Shown: positions 9,938 to 19,147, counted from the first letter of the stretch. The stretch: 34,799 nucleotides of DNA from Desulfobacteraceae bacterium (GCA_050124735.1 JASFEQ010000002.1:1-34799); one strand, 5' to 3'. Notes: generated by a model from the letters alone, not told the origin. Made by a program: numbers and translations.

Positions 9938-11596
9938 ATGGAAAAAAGAGTTGTCGTAGCATTTGTTTTGTCCATCTTGGTCCTGCTGGCTTGGTCTCTT
10001 CTGTTCGCGCCAAAACCGCCAGAAGCCCCACAGGAAGAAGAGGTGACCCAGGTGGAAAAGGAAAAGGCGGTCCCTCAATCCGTGCAACCCCCCATCGCCA
10101 AAGTACCAACCCTTCCAAAGGAGGGTGCCAAACTCCATCCTACTGGAAAGGAGAAGGAGATCGTCGTGGAGACCCCTCTCTATGAGGCGGTTTTTACCAA
10201 TGCGGGGCCCACCATAAAAAGCTTTAAATTGAAAAAATACCGCAAGACGCCCCAATCCAATTCGGACATGATCGACCTGGTCCACCTGGGGGAGAGTGGG
10301 GAGGATTTTTTAAAGATCGATTTCAATCATGGGTCAAACCCTCAAACCCATAACACCTTTTACCATGCAGATGCCGAGTCCATTTCCCTCATTCCAGCCT
10401 CTGCGCCTCAAGACCTCACCTTCAAGGCTGTGAGATCGGACGGCATTTCAGTGAATCAAACCTTTCGTTTTTATCCAGACAAATACCAGATTGATCTGCT
10501 CGTAAGCCTACGAAATCAGTCCGAGAACCAGATCCAGGGGAATCTCAGGGCCCATGTAAAGAACATTCCAACCAAGGATCGTGGCCGTCTTTCCTTCGTT
10601 GGCTTGGCCATTCTCAGCGATGGCAAGCTCGAAGAACTGGAGCCCAACGACAAAGAGATCAAAGAGGAGAAAAGATTCACTGGCCAGATCGGCTGGGTCG
10701 CTTACGAGGACGAGTATTTCATAAGCGCGATCGTCCCCGATGAACACCCGGAAGGAAGCTTCAATGGAGCTAGTCTCCCATCAGGTGTGCTCAAAGGTAC
10801 CTATATGACGCCCCCCATTTCCTTGCGCTCTCAAGAGCAAGTCTCCTCACAGTTCACCCTTTATTTGGGGCCCAGGGAACTGAGCCTTTTGAAGGAGCTG
10901 GGCAAGCAGCTGGATTTGGCCATCAATTTCGGGTTCTTTGATATTGTCGCCAGACCCATGCTTTCTGCTTTGCGCTTCTTCAACAAATACGTAAAAAACT
11001 ATGGGGTATCCATCATCATAATCACCATTCTGATCAAGATCCTGTTTTGGCCTTTAACACACAAGAGCTATAAGTCCATGAAGGAAATGCAAAAATTGAA
11101 GCCACTGATGGATAAAATAAGGGAGAAATATAAGCATGATAAACAACAGATGAACAAGGAAGTGATGGCTCTTTACAGGACCTATAAGGTGAACCCTATG
11201 GGGGGGTGTTTGCCTATGGTCATCCAGATCCCTGTCTTCATTGCCCTGTATAATCTCTTTGGTAAATCCATCGAACTGCGGCATGCCCCCTTCATGTTAT
11301 GGATAAACGATTTATCCGCGCCTGATCGTCTCTTCAACCTGCCTTTTGAGATACCCTTTATGTCTCCCCCATATGGTATCCCGGTGCTCACCTTGCTCAT
11401 GGGAGCAACCATGTTTATCACACAGAAAATGACGCCCATGCCGGGGGATCCGACCCAGGCCAAGGTCATGATGTTTCTACCCCTTTTCTTTACTTTTCTA
11501 TTTATAAACTTTCCCTCTGGCCTGGTGCTTTATTGGCTTGTAAATAATATTCTACAGATAGGCCAACAATATCGTATCAAAAAAAGCTCGGCTTAA
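9938..11596 (+). CDS. yidC: Membrane protein insertase YidC
   Basis: NPMGGCLPMVIQIPVFIALY, WINDLSAPD, PSGLVLYWLVNN. Confidence 0.97.
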   Translation: MEKRVVVAFVLSILVLLAWSLLFAPKPPEAPQEEEVTQVEKEKAVPQSVQPPIAKVPTLPKEGAKLHPTGKEKEIVVETPLYEAVFTNAGPTIKSFKLKKYRKTPQSNSDMIDLVHLGESGEDFLKIDFNHGSNPQTHNTFYHADAESISLIPASAPQDLTFKAVRSDGISVNQTFRFYPDKYQIDLLVSLRNQSENQIQGNLRAHVKNIPTKDRGRLSFVGLAILSDGKLEELEPNDKEIKEEKRFTGQIGWVAYEDEYFISAIVPDEHPEGSFNGASLPSGVLKGTYMTPPISLRSQEQVSSQFTLYLGPRELSLLKELGKQLDLAINFGFFDIVARPMLSALRFFNKYVKNYGVSIIIITILIKILFWPLTHKSYKSMKEMQKLKPLMDKIREKYKHDKQQMNKEVMALYRTYKVNPMGGCLPMVIQIPVFIALYNLFGKSIELRHAPFMLWINDLSAPDRLFNLPFEIPFMSPPYGIPVLTLLMGATMFITQKMTPMPGDPTQAKVMMFLPLFFTFLFINFPSGLVLYWLVNNILQIGQQYRIKKSSA

Positions 11597-11613
11597 TTAT
11601 TCGGAGGAGAGTC

Positions 11614-12387
11614 ATGGAAACTTATGAATTTGAAGGAAAAACCACAGAAGAAGCCATTGAGAATGCTTCCCGCGAACTCGATCTCCCCGTTGAGGAACTG
11701 CAAATAGATATTATTGAACCAGGCTCCGCAGGTATCTTTGGACTCGTTGGGAGCAAAAAGGCCAAGATCAAAGTCACTGTCAAGAAGGAGGGGAGTGCGG
11801 AAGTAAGTGCGGAAGTAAGTGCGGAAGTAAGCCCGGAAGTAAGTGCGAAATTAAGTACGGAGAGAGGGACTGAACGAAGTACGGACGCAGACACGGAAGG
11901 TGGTACGGAATTAAGTCCAGACCTGGGCCCGGATGACGAAATCGGGTTGGCCCTGGCAAAAGAGACCCTAGAGAATATCCTTGCCCTCATCCCTGTTGAG
12001 ACGAGCGTTAATGCCGACCAGGTTGACGGCAATATTGCCCTGACTATCGAAGGCGACAAATCCGGTCTTTTGATCGGACGAAAGGGAAAGACCCTGGATG
12101 CCTTGCAGTTTATAGTGAATAGGATTGTAAACAAGACGCTGGACAAAAGGATCAGGGTTGTTGTGGACTCGGAAAATTATCGCCAGAGGCGTAGAGACTC
12201 CTTGACGCAAATGGCTCTCAGGCTGGGGGATAAAGCAAAGAGGATCGGAAAACCTGTGACCACCAACCCCTTGAATCCCCGAGAAAGACGGATCATTCAC
12301 CTTGCACTCCAGGAGGATGGGCGGCTGAACACGAAGAGCAAGGGCGAGGGTCTCCTGAAGAAGGTGGTTATTTTCCCCAAGCGGTAA
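11614..12387 (+). CDS. jag: Jag/KhpB (EloR) RNA-binding protein
   Basis: Jag_N (GKTTEEAI), KH (LIGRKGKTLDALQ) and R3H (RRIIH) domains; between yidC and mnmE. Confidence 0.94.
   Translation: METYEFEGKTTEEAIENASRELDLPVEELQIDIIEPGSAGIFGLVGSKKAKIKVTVKKEGSAEVSAEVSAEVSPEVSAKLSTERGTERSTDADTEGGTELSPDLGPDDEIGLALAKETLENILALIPVETSVNADQVDGNIALTIEGDKSGLLIGRKGKTLDALQFIVNRIVNKTLDKRIRVVVDSENYRQRRRDSLTQMALRLGDKAKRIGKPVTTNPLNPRERRIIHLALQEDGRLNTKSKGEGLLKKVVIFPKR
11794..11925 (+). repeat. In-frame 12-bp tandem repeat in jag linker
   Basis: agtgcggaagta x3 exact, then progressively degenerate units (SAEV SAEV SAEV SPEV SAKL STER...). Confidence 0.9.
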
Positions 12388-12391
12388 GCGA

Positions 12392-12816
12392 CCTGAAGTG
12401 CCTAAAATGAGCTGAGGTTGAACAATTGTAATACTTTACCCGTTTGAAAAGTCACTGGCCTGCCTGCTGCAGGCAGGGCTAAGCGGCATTCTCTGGGGCG
12501 GCCAAAAAATATGCCCGGTGCCGTTAAGGATGGCGCACAAAGCGGCGTAGCTCTGAGACCCTGTTCGATCACTATTGAACTTGGCCTGGCCTGTGTTTGG
12601 ACACCCTGTGTGCGCAGGCGTCATGGCAAGGGAAGTCCCGGAAGGAACCGAGCATAGAAGGCCTGGTTTTTGGCCACTCCAGAGAACACCGCTCAGCCCA
12701 CCAAGAGTTCTCGCATGGCTGTTTGGAAGAGTTAAAATGTTAAAGTAATCCTTATCATAATCGGCTACGCTTTCTAACTTTAGGCATTTTAGGCACTTTA
12801 GTTCACTTTAGGCACT
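12392..12816. mobile_element. Nested non-coding element: inverted ~9-mer arrays enclosing a MITE-like long palindrome
   Basis: Outer CTAAAGTG-type arrays (12392-12419, 12776-12816); 33-nt inverted repeat 12476-12508/12667-12699; inner 10-nt inverted repeat 12510-12519/12647-12656. Mobility is inferred. Confidence 0.65.
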
Positions 12817-12824
12817 CGTGTTCT

Positions 12825-14216
12825 ATGCCAAACGACGAACATAAAGATACCATCGCTGCCGTAGCCACATCCATTGGCCAGGCGGGGATTGGCATCGTCC
12901 GCCTGTCCGGCCCGCGCGCCAGAGAAATCGCTGAGAAGATATTCCAGTCTAAGAGCCCCACCAAACATCTTCAAAGCCACCACTTGTATCTGGGGTATCT
13001 CATTGACCCCTCTTCTGAGCAAATCATTGATGAGGTTCTTCTCTCCCTTATGAAAGCCCCCCGTTCCTACACCCGAGAGGATGTTGTGGAAATAAACGCC
13101 CACAGTGGTTATCTCCTTCTTTCCACTATTCTGCAGATTGTCCTGAGTGAGGGTGCCCGACTTGCCAAACCAGGAGAATTCACGTTCAGGGCCTTTATTA
13201 ATGGTCGGATAGACCTGACCCAGGCTGAGGCCATCGTGGATCTCATCAATTCCAAATCGGAGAGAGGTCTTCAATTAGCCTCCGAACAAATCAGGGGAGA
13301 ATTTAGGGCAGAGATTGAAGGCCTGCGGAAGAAAGTGGTGGAAATCCTGGCTCATACGGAAGTAGCCATTGATTTCCCTGAAGAGGAGTACGGAGACATA
13401 TCCCGGGAAGAGGTGGCCCAGTGGATAGCAAGGGACCTTGTTGAGCCTATTGAGGATATCATGGCTGCCCATGCGCAAAGGAAGATCTGGATGGATGGTA
13501 TCAACACCGTCATCGTGGGACGCGTAAATGCGGGAAAATCAAGCCTTTTAAACCGACTCCTCAACGAACCCCGTGCCATAGTCACGCCTATCCCGGGGAC
13601 CACAAGAGATGTTATCGAATCCACAATTTACATCGAGGGTATACCCATCCGGTTGATGGATACAGCGGGATTCGGAAAAGTGAGGGGAGAAGTGGAAAAG
13701 ATCGGCATCCATTTAACAAAGGAAAAATTGGCCAGTGCCGATCTCTCCCTGATTGTCCTCGATCAGAGCCGTTCCTTAAATCAGGATGACCTGCATATCA
13801 TGGCCAAAGCTGAAAAAGACAAGAGTCTAGTCCTGTTCAACAAGATTGACCTTGCATCAAAAATCAATGAGGATGAATTGCATGGTGTCTTAGACGGCAT
13901 GCGGGTGGTAAAAATATCTGCCCTGACAGGGGAGGGAATTGATGGGCTGCGCAAGGCGATCCGTGATCATGTGATAACGGCCGATGTGGATTCAACCTCT
14001 TCTCATGTGGCGCCAAATCTGAGACACAGGACAGCCCTCATGGATGCTTTCAAGTATTTCGGCAATGCATCTGATAACATGAGAGAGGGTCTCCCTCTGG
14101 AAGTCATTGCCCTAGATCTCAAAAGTGGCTTGGAGGCCCTTGGCGAGATCATAGGCGAAACCACCAATGACGAGATCATTGAAAAGATCTTCAGCGAATT
14201 CTGTCTGGGCAAATAG
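12825..14216 (+). CDS. mnmE: tRNA modification GTPase MnmE (TrmE)
   Basis: DTIAAVAT, GEFTFRAFINGRIDLTQAEA, GxxNAGKSS, GTTRD, DTAG, NKID, terminal FCLGK. Confidence 0.98.
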   Translation: MPNDEHKDTIAAVATSIGQAGIGIVRLSGPRAREIAEKIFQSKSPTKHLQSHHLYLGYLIDPSSEQIIDEVLLSLMKAPRSYTREDVVEINAHSGYLLLSTILQIVLSEGARLAKPGEFTFRAFINGRIDLTQAEAIVDLINSKSERGLQLASEQIRGEFRAEIEGLRKKVVEILAHTEVAIDFPEEEYGDISREEVAQWIARDLVEPIEDIMAAHAQRKIWMDGINTVIVGRVNAGKSSLLNRLLNEPRAIVTPIPGTTRDVIESTIYIEGIPIRLMDTAGFGKVRGEVEKIGIHLTKEKLASADLSLIVLDQSRSLNQDDLHIMAKAEKDKSLVLFNKIDLASKINEDELHGVLDGMRVVKISALTGEGIDGLRKAIRDHVITADVDSTSSHVAPNLRHRTALMDAFKYFGNASDNMREGLPLEVIALDLKSGLEALGEIIGETTNDEIIEKIFSEFCLGK

Positions 14217-14226
14217 CGGCTACCTT

Positions 14227-14533
14227 ATTCACCACAGAGACACGGAGGACACAGAGTAAAGAATTTTTTTCATTGGGCGGGAGACCTGCCCGCCATCGCG
14301 AGCCGCTCAGGCGAGGCGGGCGGGTACCGCCCAATGAAAAGAATCTCTGCCTTCCCCCCTCCGTAGCAGAGCTAATGCGGAGGACGGGTCGGCGGTAGTC
14401 ACTGGGGAAGCAAATTCAAAAATATGCCTTATATTTGAGGTTCTTCAACTGCCCGAAGGGCTGAGCTTTTTTTGGCCAATCGCCGTCTCCCGATTGGCCA
14501 AAAAAACAATATCTCTGTGCCTCTGTGGTGAAT
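14227..14533. mobile_element. Composite palindromic element with CACCACAGAG 9-mer termini
   Basis: attcaccacagagacacggag / ctctgtgcctctgtggtgaat termini; internal hairpins 14267-14340 and 14467-14506. Mobility is inferred. Confidence 0.65.
14467..14506. terminator. Possible bidirectional terminator between convergent mnmE and thiC
   Basis: T7-ggccaatcg-loop-cgattggcc-A7 perfect stem; the T/A runs extend the stem rather than giving a 3' U-tail, so not a canonical intrinsic terminator. Confidence 0.35.
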
Positions 14534-14587
14534 CTTATTAGCGATTAGCATTCCATAAGGCAGGCATTTAACAGAAGGATGGTGTAA

Positions 14588-15886
14588 TCAGCAAGGGGCC
14601 ACTTTTTTGTCAAAATAGTCCCTGACCTGTTTAATGGCACAGTACTTTCCGCACATGGTGCAAACATCACCCTCACTGGGGGGGTTCTCTTCCCTTACTT
14701 TTCTCGCCTTTTTCGGATCAATGGCAAGTTCCATCTGAGTCTCCCAGTCCAAATTCTTTCTTGCCTCAGACATCTTCCTGTCTCTATCCATGGCCAGTTT
14801 ATGTCCGCGAGCAATGTCAGCGGCATGGGCCGCGATCTTTGTCACAACGACGCCTTCTCTCACATCTTCCACGCCAGGCAGACAGAGGTGCTCCGTCGGG
14901 GTTACATAGCACAGAAAGTCGGCGCCTGCCTCTCCGGCCACAGCCCCTCCTATGGCGCAGGCTACATGATCATGACCAGCAGCCACATCGGTGACTAGGG
15001 GTCCCAACACATAAAAGGGAGCATTATGGCACAACTGTTTCTGCAACAAGACATTCGCTTTTATCTGATTCAAGGGGACGTGACCTGGCCCCTCAATCAT
15101 GACCTGCACATTCTCCTTCCAGGCCGACTTAGTCAACTCTCCAAGGGTCATCAATTCATGGATCTGTGCCCTGTCCGTGGCATCGGCCAGACACCCTGGT
15201 CTCAGGCCATCTCCAAGACTTAGAGTGACATCATAGGCTTTTGCGATGGACAGAAGTCTATCGAAATACTCGTAAAGGGGGTTTTCCCTGTCATGATGCA
15301 ACATCCAGGTGGTCAGGAAGGATCCCCCCCGGCTCACAATATCTGTTACTCGACCTTGTCTCTTCAATTGCTCCAGGGCTGCCCTGGTCAGTCCACAGTG
15401 AACGGTTATAAAATCAACCCCATCCTCAACCTGCTTTTCAATGACCTGGAATATGTCGTCCGCAGTAAGGTGAATCAATCCTCCCCGTTCCTCGCCCGAC
15501 TCCACCACCGCCTGATAGATGGGAACTGTCCCCACCGCAACTTTTGATGCCTCTAAGATCTTTCTGCGGCATAGGTCAATATCGCCCCCTGTGGACAGAT
15601 CCATGACCGTATCCGCGCCCGCATCTATGGCCACCTCTAATTTACTCAGTTCCTCCTCAAGTATGGCTCTGTCCGAAGACGTCCCTATGTTCGCGTTCAC
15701 TTTGATGAGCAACCCTTCGCCGATGCCACAAGGCTCCAGGCCTTCATGCTTTACATTGGCAGGAATGACCACCCTTCCCTGAGCCACTTTATCCCGAAGG
15801 GCCACCACGTCCACCTGCTCTTTTTCAGCGACCACTTCCATCTCAGGGGTAATGATACCTGCTCTGGCTTTTGCTAACTGCGTCAT
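14588..15886 (-). CDS. thiC: Phosphomethylpyrimidine synthase ThiC (short type)
   Basis: KVNANIGTS, GADTVMDLSTGG, SLGDGLRPG, EGPGHVP, C-terminal CTMCGKYC; adjacent to thiD. Confidence 0.93.
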   Translation of the reverse strand: MTQLAKARAGIITPEMEVVAEKEQVDVVALRDKVAQGRVVIPANVKHEGLEPCGIGEGLLIKVNANIGTSSDRAILEEELSKLEVAIDAGADTVMDLSTGGDIDLCRRKILEASKVAVGTVPIYQAVVESGEERGGLIHLTADDIFQVIEKQVEDGVDFITVHCGLTRAALEQLKRQGRVTDIVSRGGSFLTTWMLHHDRENPLYEYFDRLLSIAKAYDVTLSLGDGLRPGCLADATDRAQIHELMTLGELTKSAWKENVQVMIEGPGHVPLNQIKANVLLQKQLCHNAPFYVLGPLVTDVAAGHDHVACAIGGAVAGEAGADFLCYVTPTEHLCLPGVEDVREGVVVTKIAAHAADIARGHKLAMDRDRKMSEARKNLDWETQMELAIDPKKARKVREENPPSEGDVCTMCGKYCAIKQVRDYFDKKVAPC

Positions 15887-15925
15887 ACGCTTACCTATTC
15901 CTCAATGACAAATGATTAGACTTAT

Positions 15926-16019
15926 GAAGTGAACTAAAGTGCCTAAAGTGTCTAAAGTGAGCTAAAGTTCTGAACCATTATACCTTTTTAACTACAGGCA
16001 CTCTAGTCACTATAGTCAC
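15926..16019. repeat. Inverted ~9-mer tandem arrays (CTAAAGTG family)
   Basis: gaagtgaactaaagtgcctaaagtgtctaaagtgagctaaagtt and aactacaggcactctagtcactatagtcac; same family as 12392/12776. Confidence 0.88.
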
Positions 16020-16048
16020 GCCTGCCATAGCCGTTTGTTCATCAATCA

Positions 16049-16816
16049 TTATCCCGGACGCACAGCCCCGGCACCTTTTCCGCAAGGATAGCCCCTCCCT
16101 ATGGCACCCCGGGTAAAATCATGGGCAAGTTCTGCCGCCCTTTTCACATCATTTTCCAAGGCGAGAAATGTTGCCAGGGCGGAGGAAAACACGCACCCAC
16201 TTCCATGGGTATGCCCGGCTCTTATCCTCGAGCCAAAGAAATGGTGGATGTCTCTGCCATCATAAAGCAGGTCCACACATTCCCCTTTCAAATGCCCTCC
16301 TGTAATGACCACATCCGGTCCCAAACCCTTGATCGCTCTTGACGCCTCTTCCATCTCTTTCAGGTTTCTCACCCTTCTGCCTGTCAGTATTTCCGCCTCG
16401 TCTAAATTGGGTGTAATGACGCTGGCCAAGGGTAACAAGGTCTCTTTTAGTAGAGGAACCGCTTCAGCATCCAGTAACCTGCGTCCCGTTGATGCCCTCA
16501 GGACGGGATCCAGGACCAAACGAGGCATGCCATATTTCTTGATCATCCTCGCGACACCCCTAACAGCTGCACCCGTCAACAACATCCCAATCTTTGTGGC
16601 GTCAGGACGGATATCTTCAAAAACACACTCAATCTGCTTGGAGATGAAATTAGCCGGGATCTTTTGGATAGCAGCTATACCCAGGGAATTCTGAGCGGTT
16701 ACAGAGGTGACGGCGGTCAGAGCGTGAGCACCAAGACTGGTGATGGTCTTTATGTCTGCCTGGATCCCAGCCCCTCCGCATGAATCAGAACCTGCTATGG
16801 CCAATACGTACTTCAA
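16049..16816 (-). CDS. thiD: Hydroxymethylpyrimidine/phosphomethylpyrimidine kinase
   Basis: IAGSDSCGGAGIQADIKT, DPVL, ITPNLDEA, THGSGC. Confidence 0.96.
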   Translation of the reverse strand: MKYVLAIAGSDSCGGAGIQADIKTITSLGAHALTAVTSVTAQNSLGIAAIQKIPANFISKQIECVFEDIRPDATKIGMLLTGAAVRGVARMIKKYGMPRLVLDPVLRASTGRRLLDAEAVPLLKETLLPLASVITPNLDEAEILTGRRVRNLKEMEEASRAIKGLGPDVVITGGHLKGECVDLLYDGRDIHHFFGSRIRAGHTHGSGCVFSSALATFLALENDVKRAAELAHDFTRGAIGRGYPCGKGAGAVRPG

Positions 16817-16913
16817 TGCTTCAGAAGATCTATCCTCCCAGGCCGAAAATCAGAGGATTACAATTTTCACCTAATTTAATCCTAACGAATCTGTCGAAAA
16901 ACCAGCCTTCTCA

Positions 16914-17241
16914 GAGGCTGATGGAAAATGTCCATATGCAAGTTGAGCTTTGCGAAATCCCGCTCTGTCGTAGATCCCGCCTGCGGGACGGGAGCTTCCG
17001 AAATCCCGAGGAATCACCGCCAAAGGGCGGTATCTGCGCAGTGACTTGCCCTGTTAAATCGGCTTGGCCGTCTCGCGTAGCGAGAATTTAACAGGGCGGG
17101 GGATGAGGGTAACACAGTCCTTCGATGCTTCGACATTGCTCAGCATCGACCCTGAGCTATGTCGAAGGGTCGACTTTGCTCAGGACCGTGAGCCTGTCGA
17201 ACGGCTTGTCGAATGGCAGAAGGGCGTTTTCCGACAGCCTC
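16914..17241. mobile_element. MITE-like element with 20-nt terminal inverted repeats and nested hairpins
   Basis: gaggctgatggaaaatgtcc / gggcgttttccgacagcctc; internal stems 17048-17097 and 17119-17216. Confidence 0.7.
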
Positions 17242-17309
17242 AACACTAACCTCAAGCTAACAACCGGCCTGTGCAGTGTCAACCAATTTCAACAGCACGC
17301 CTTGTCCAG

Positions 17310-18041
17310 TTACCAGAGATACTTTAGCCTGTAATAGATCAATTTCTGATATTCGATAATGACTTCCCTCAAATATCTTCTCTTTTTCCACCAGTCCACG
17401 GGTCTAAAATCCGAATAGGAAGAGGGCAACATGAGAATGCGCACGTCATCTTCCTCAAAGGCCTTCCTGAAAGTAAGCCACGAACGCCTACAATGGTAAG
17501 GGGTTGTGATGACGATGACTGAACTGTAGCCGCTTTTCATGACAACGTCCCTAACCAAGTGGGCTTCTTCAAATGTGCTTTTCGATGGGCGATCACTTGT
17601 AAAAAATGCCGATCGTGGGATGCCTAGTTCTTCAAGTAACATTCTCATGAGATCCACACTCTGGGGATAGTCAACCTCCCTTTCCTTGAGTAACGCATAA
17701 CCATCAGGAGGGACTTCCCTCGCCATAAAAATCCGAGGGGCAAGTCCTCTCTGATAAGCATCTGCCACAGCAAGGCCTCTTTCCACATTTCCCCCGGCCA
17801 TACAGACGATGAGGTCAGATTTTCGGGGGGGATGTTCCACGACGAGATATCTGCCGATACCCGTGAGTATAGGGGCATGGTAATAGGACAAGAGCACATA
17901 GAAAATGGCCAACAAGAAAAAGAGCCATTTCAGCATCCATGTTCTGCCCATTCTTTTCTGTTCAGGCTCTATGGGTTTGGAATCCTGAAAGCCACCCTCT
18001 TGATAATCGACCTTATCTTTATTTTCCAGATCGTCTGACAT
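17310..18041 (-). CDS. YdcF/ElyC (DUF218) family protein
   Basis: TM helix, DLIVCMAGG..ER, STFEEA, VITTPYHCRRS, LRE..K. Confidence 0.88.
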   Translation of the reverse strand: MSDDLENKDKVDYQEGGFQDSKPIEPEQKRMGRTWMLKWLFFLLAIFYVLLSYYHAPILTGIGRYLVVEHPPRKSDLIVCMAGGNVERGLAVADAYQRGLAPRIFMAREVPPDGYALLKEREVDYPQSVDLMRMLLEELGIPRSAFFTSDRPSKSTFEEAHLVRDVVMKSGYSSVIVITTPYHCRRSWLTFRKAFEEDDVRILMLPSSYSDFRPVDWWKKRRYLREVIIEYQKLIYYRLKYLW

Positions 18042-18112
18042 CTATCGACCTCTTCAATTAAACCATCCCGACCCTAAGGACCCGGCTTTAAGCCCCACAG
18101 GAGCTCACAAAA

Positions 18113-18357
18113 TGAGGCTACGGGCCTTTTCGAAAGGCCGTATCTTAAAAAGAAACCGGGGACCCACCCAAAGGGTGGGGACTGAGCGGAGCCTAGCGAG
18201 CGCGAAGAATACCACCGGACTTGGCCGTGACCTGATATTTTGAGGTTTACGCCTCTGAGCCTCTGGGAGTCTCCCATCACTTTGTTAAACCTCAAAATAT
18301 TGGGTCACCGCCACCTCACACAGTAGATGCGGCCTTGATAAAAGGTTCGTAGTCTCA
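18113..18357. mobile_element. MITE-like / structured palindromic element
   Basis: 33-nt arms 18113-18145/18325-18357; 23-nt inner arms 18227-18249/18286-18308; small hairpin cccacccaaagggtggg. Confidence 0.68.
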
Positions 18358-18439
18358 AATCGTCTGAACGCACCTTCCGGACTTCCACCAATTCATTTGA
18401 TAAGAAACGTTCATATTATGTGAGGAAATCTTTGGAAAA

Positions 18440-18892
18440 TCAATAGAAGGTCTTTAAGCTATCGAGAATTAAAGTCACAGGCCCATCATTGACCAGATGG
18501 ACATCCATCATCTCCTGGAATTCACCAGTCGCTATCCCCAAGCCTTTCCCCCTGAGAATCCCAACAAAGTGCTCATAAAGCGCCCTGGCCTTGTCCGGTC
18601 TGGCAGCCCGAGTAAACGAAGGCCTCCGCCCCTTACGGCAATCTCCCCAAAGGGTGAACTGGGAAACCACGAGCACGGCCCCTTCGATCTCAACGAGAGA
18701 AAGGTTCATCAAACCCTGATCATCTGAAAAAATCCTCAAGTGAGCAATCTTGTTGGCCAGGTATTCGCAATCCTTTTCTGAATCATCCTCTCCCACGCCA
18801 AGGAGGACCAAGAGGCCATGGTCAATCTCTCCTACGGTCCTTCCCTCCACTTCCACCTTGGCCGCTTTAACCCTTTGAACAACGGCTCGCAT
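18440..18892 (-). CDS. dtd: D-aminoacyl-tRNA deacylase
   Basis: [26 protein letters not shown]. Confidence 0.97.
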   Translation of the reverse strand: MRAVVQRVKAAKVEVEGRTVGEIDHGLLVLLGVGEDDSEKDCEYLANKIAHLRIFSDDQGLMNLSLVEIEGAVLVVSQFTLWGDCRKGRRPSFTRAARPDKARALYEHFVGILRGKGLGIATGEFQEMMDVHLVNDGPVTLILDSLKTFY

Positions 18893-18999
18893 TTGTCCCC
18901 CTTGTCGATCGCCTTTCCATCCTCCGCAGCAGGCTGCGGAACCACGGGCTGAGCCCGGGTGGCGAAGGCGAGTTTTACGCTACGCCCACAATAGGACAA

Positions 19000-19147
19000 T
19001 AATACATGCGCATTTATACTATTACAATTGTCATTGCGAGCGACCGAAGGGAGCGCGGCAATCTCATCCTACACTGCGAGATTGCTTCGTCGTCCCGCGA
19101 AGCACGGGGCTCCTCGCAATGACAATTTAGTTATCGCGTCTGTATTA
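19000..19147. repeat. REP-like doublet (TGTCATTGCGAG..GCAATCTC / GAGATTGC..CTCGCAATGACA)
   Basis: Perfect 15-nt inverted repeat 19026-19040/19113-19127, inner 8-nt 19058-19065/19078-19085, outer taataca/tgtatta. Confidence 0.85.

Noticed and set aside
12628-12656. SRP RNA or RNase P RNA (gggaagtcccggaaggaac)
   Set aside because: Superficial similarity only; lacks SRP CAGG/AGCA loop and RNase P conserved blocks.
14588-15886. BzaA/B/F instead of ThiC
   Set aside because: Adjacent thiD and no cobalamin genes favour ThiC; a phylogeny would be needed to exclude it fully.
15926-16019. CRISPR array (also other short arrays)
   Set aside because: Units are 7-12 nt, contiguous, with no unique spacers and no cas genes.
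16780-17334. Small ORFs in the thiD upstream region (also 18074-18295, 21511-21693, 30821-31162, 31670-31903)
   Set aside because: Read through palindromic repeats, no ribosome-binding site or protein motif.
18340-18360. tRNA T-arm (ggttcgtagtc)
   Set aside because: No cloverleaf; it is part of an inverted-repeat arm.
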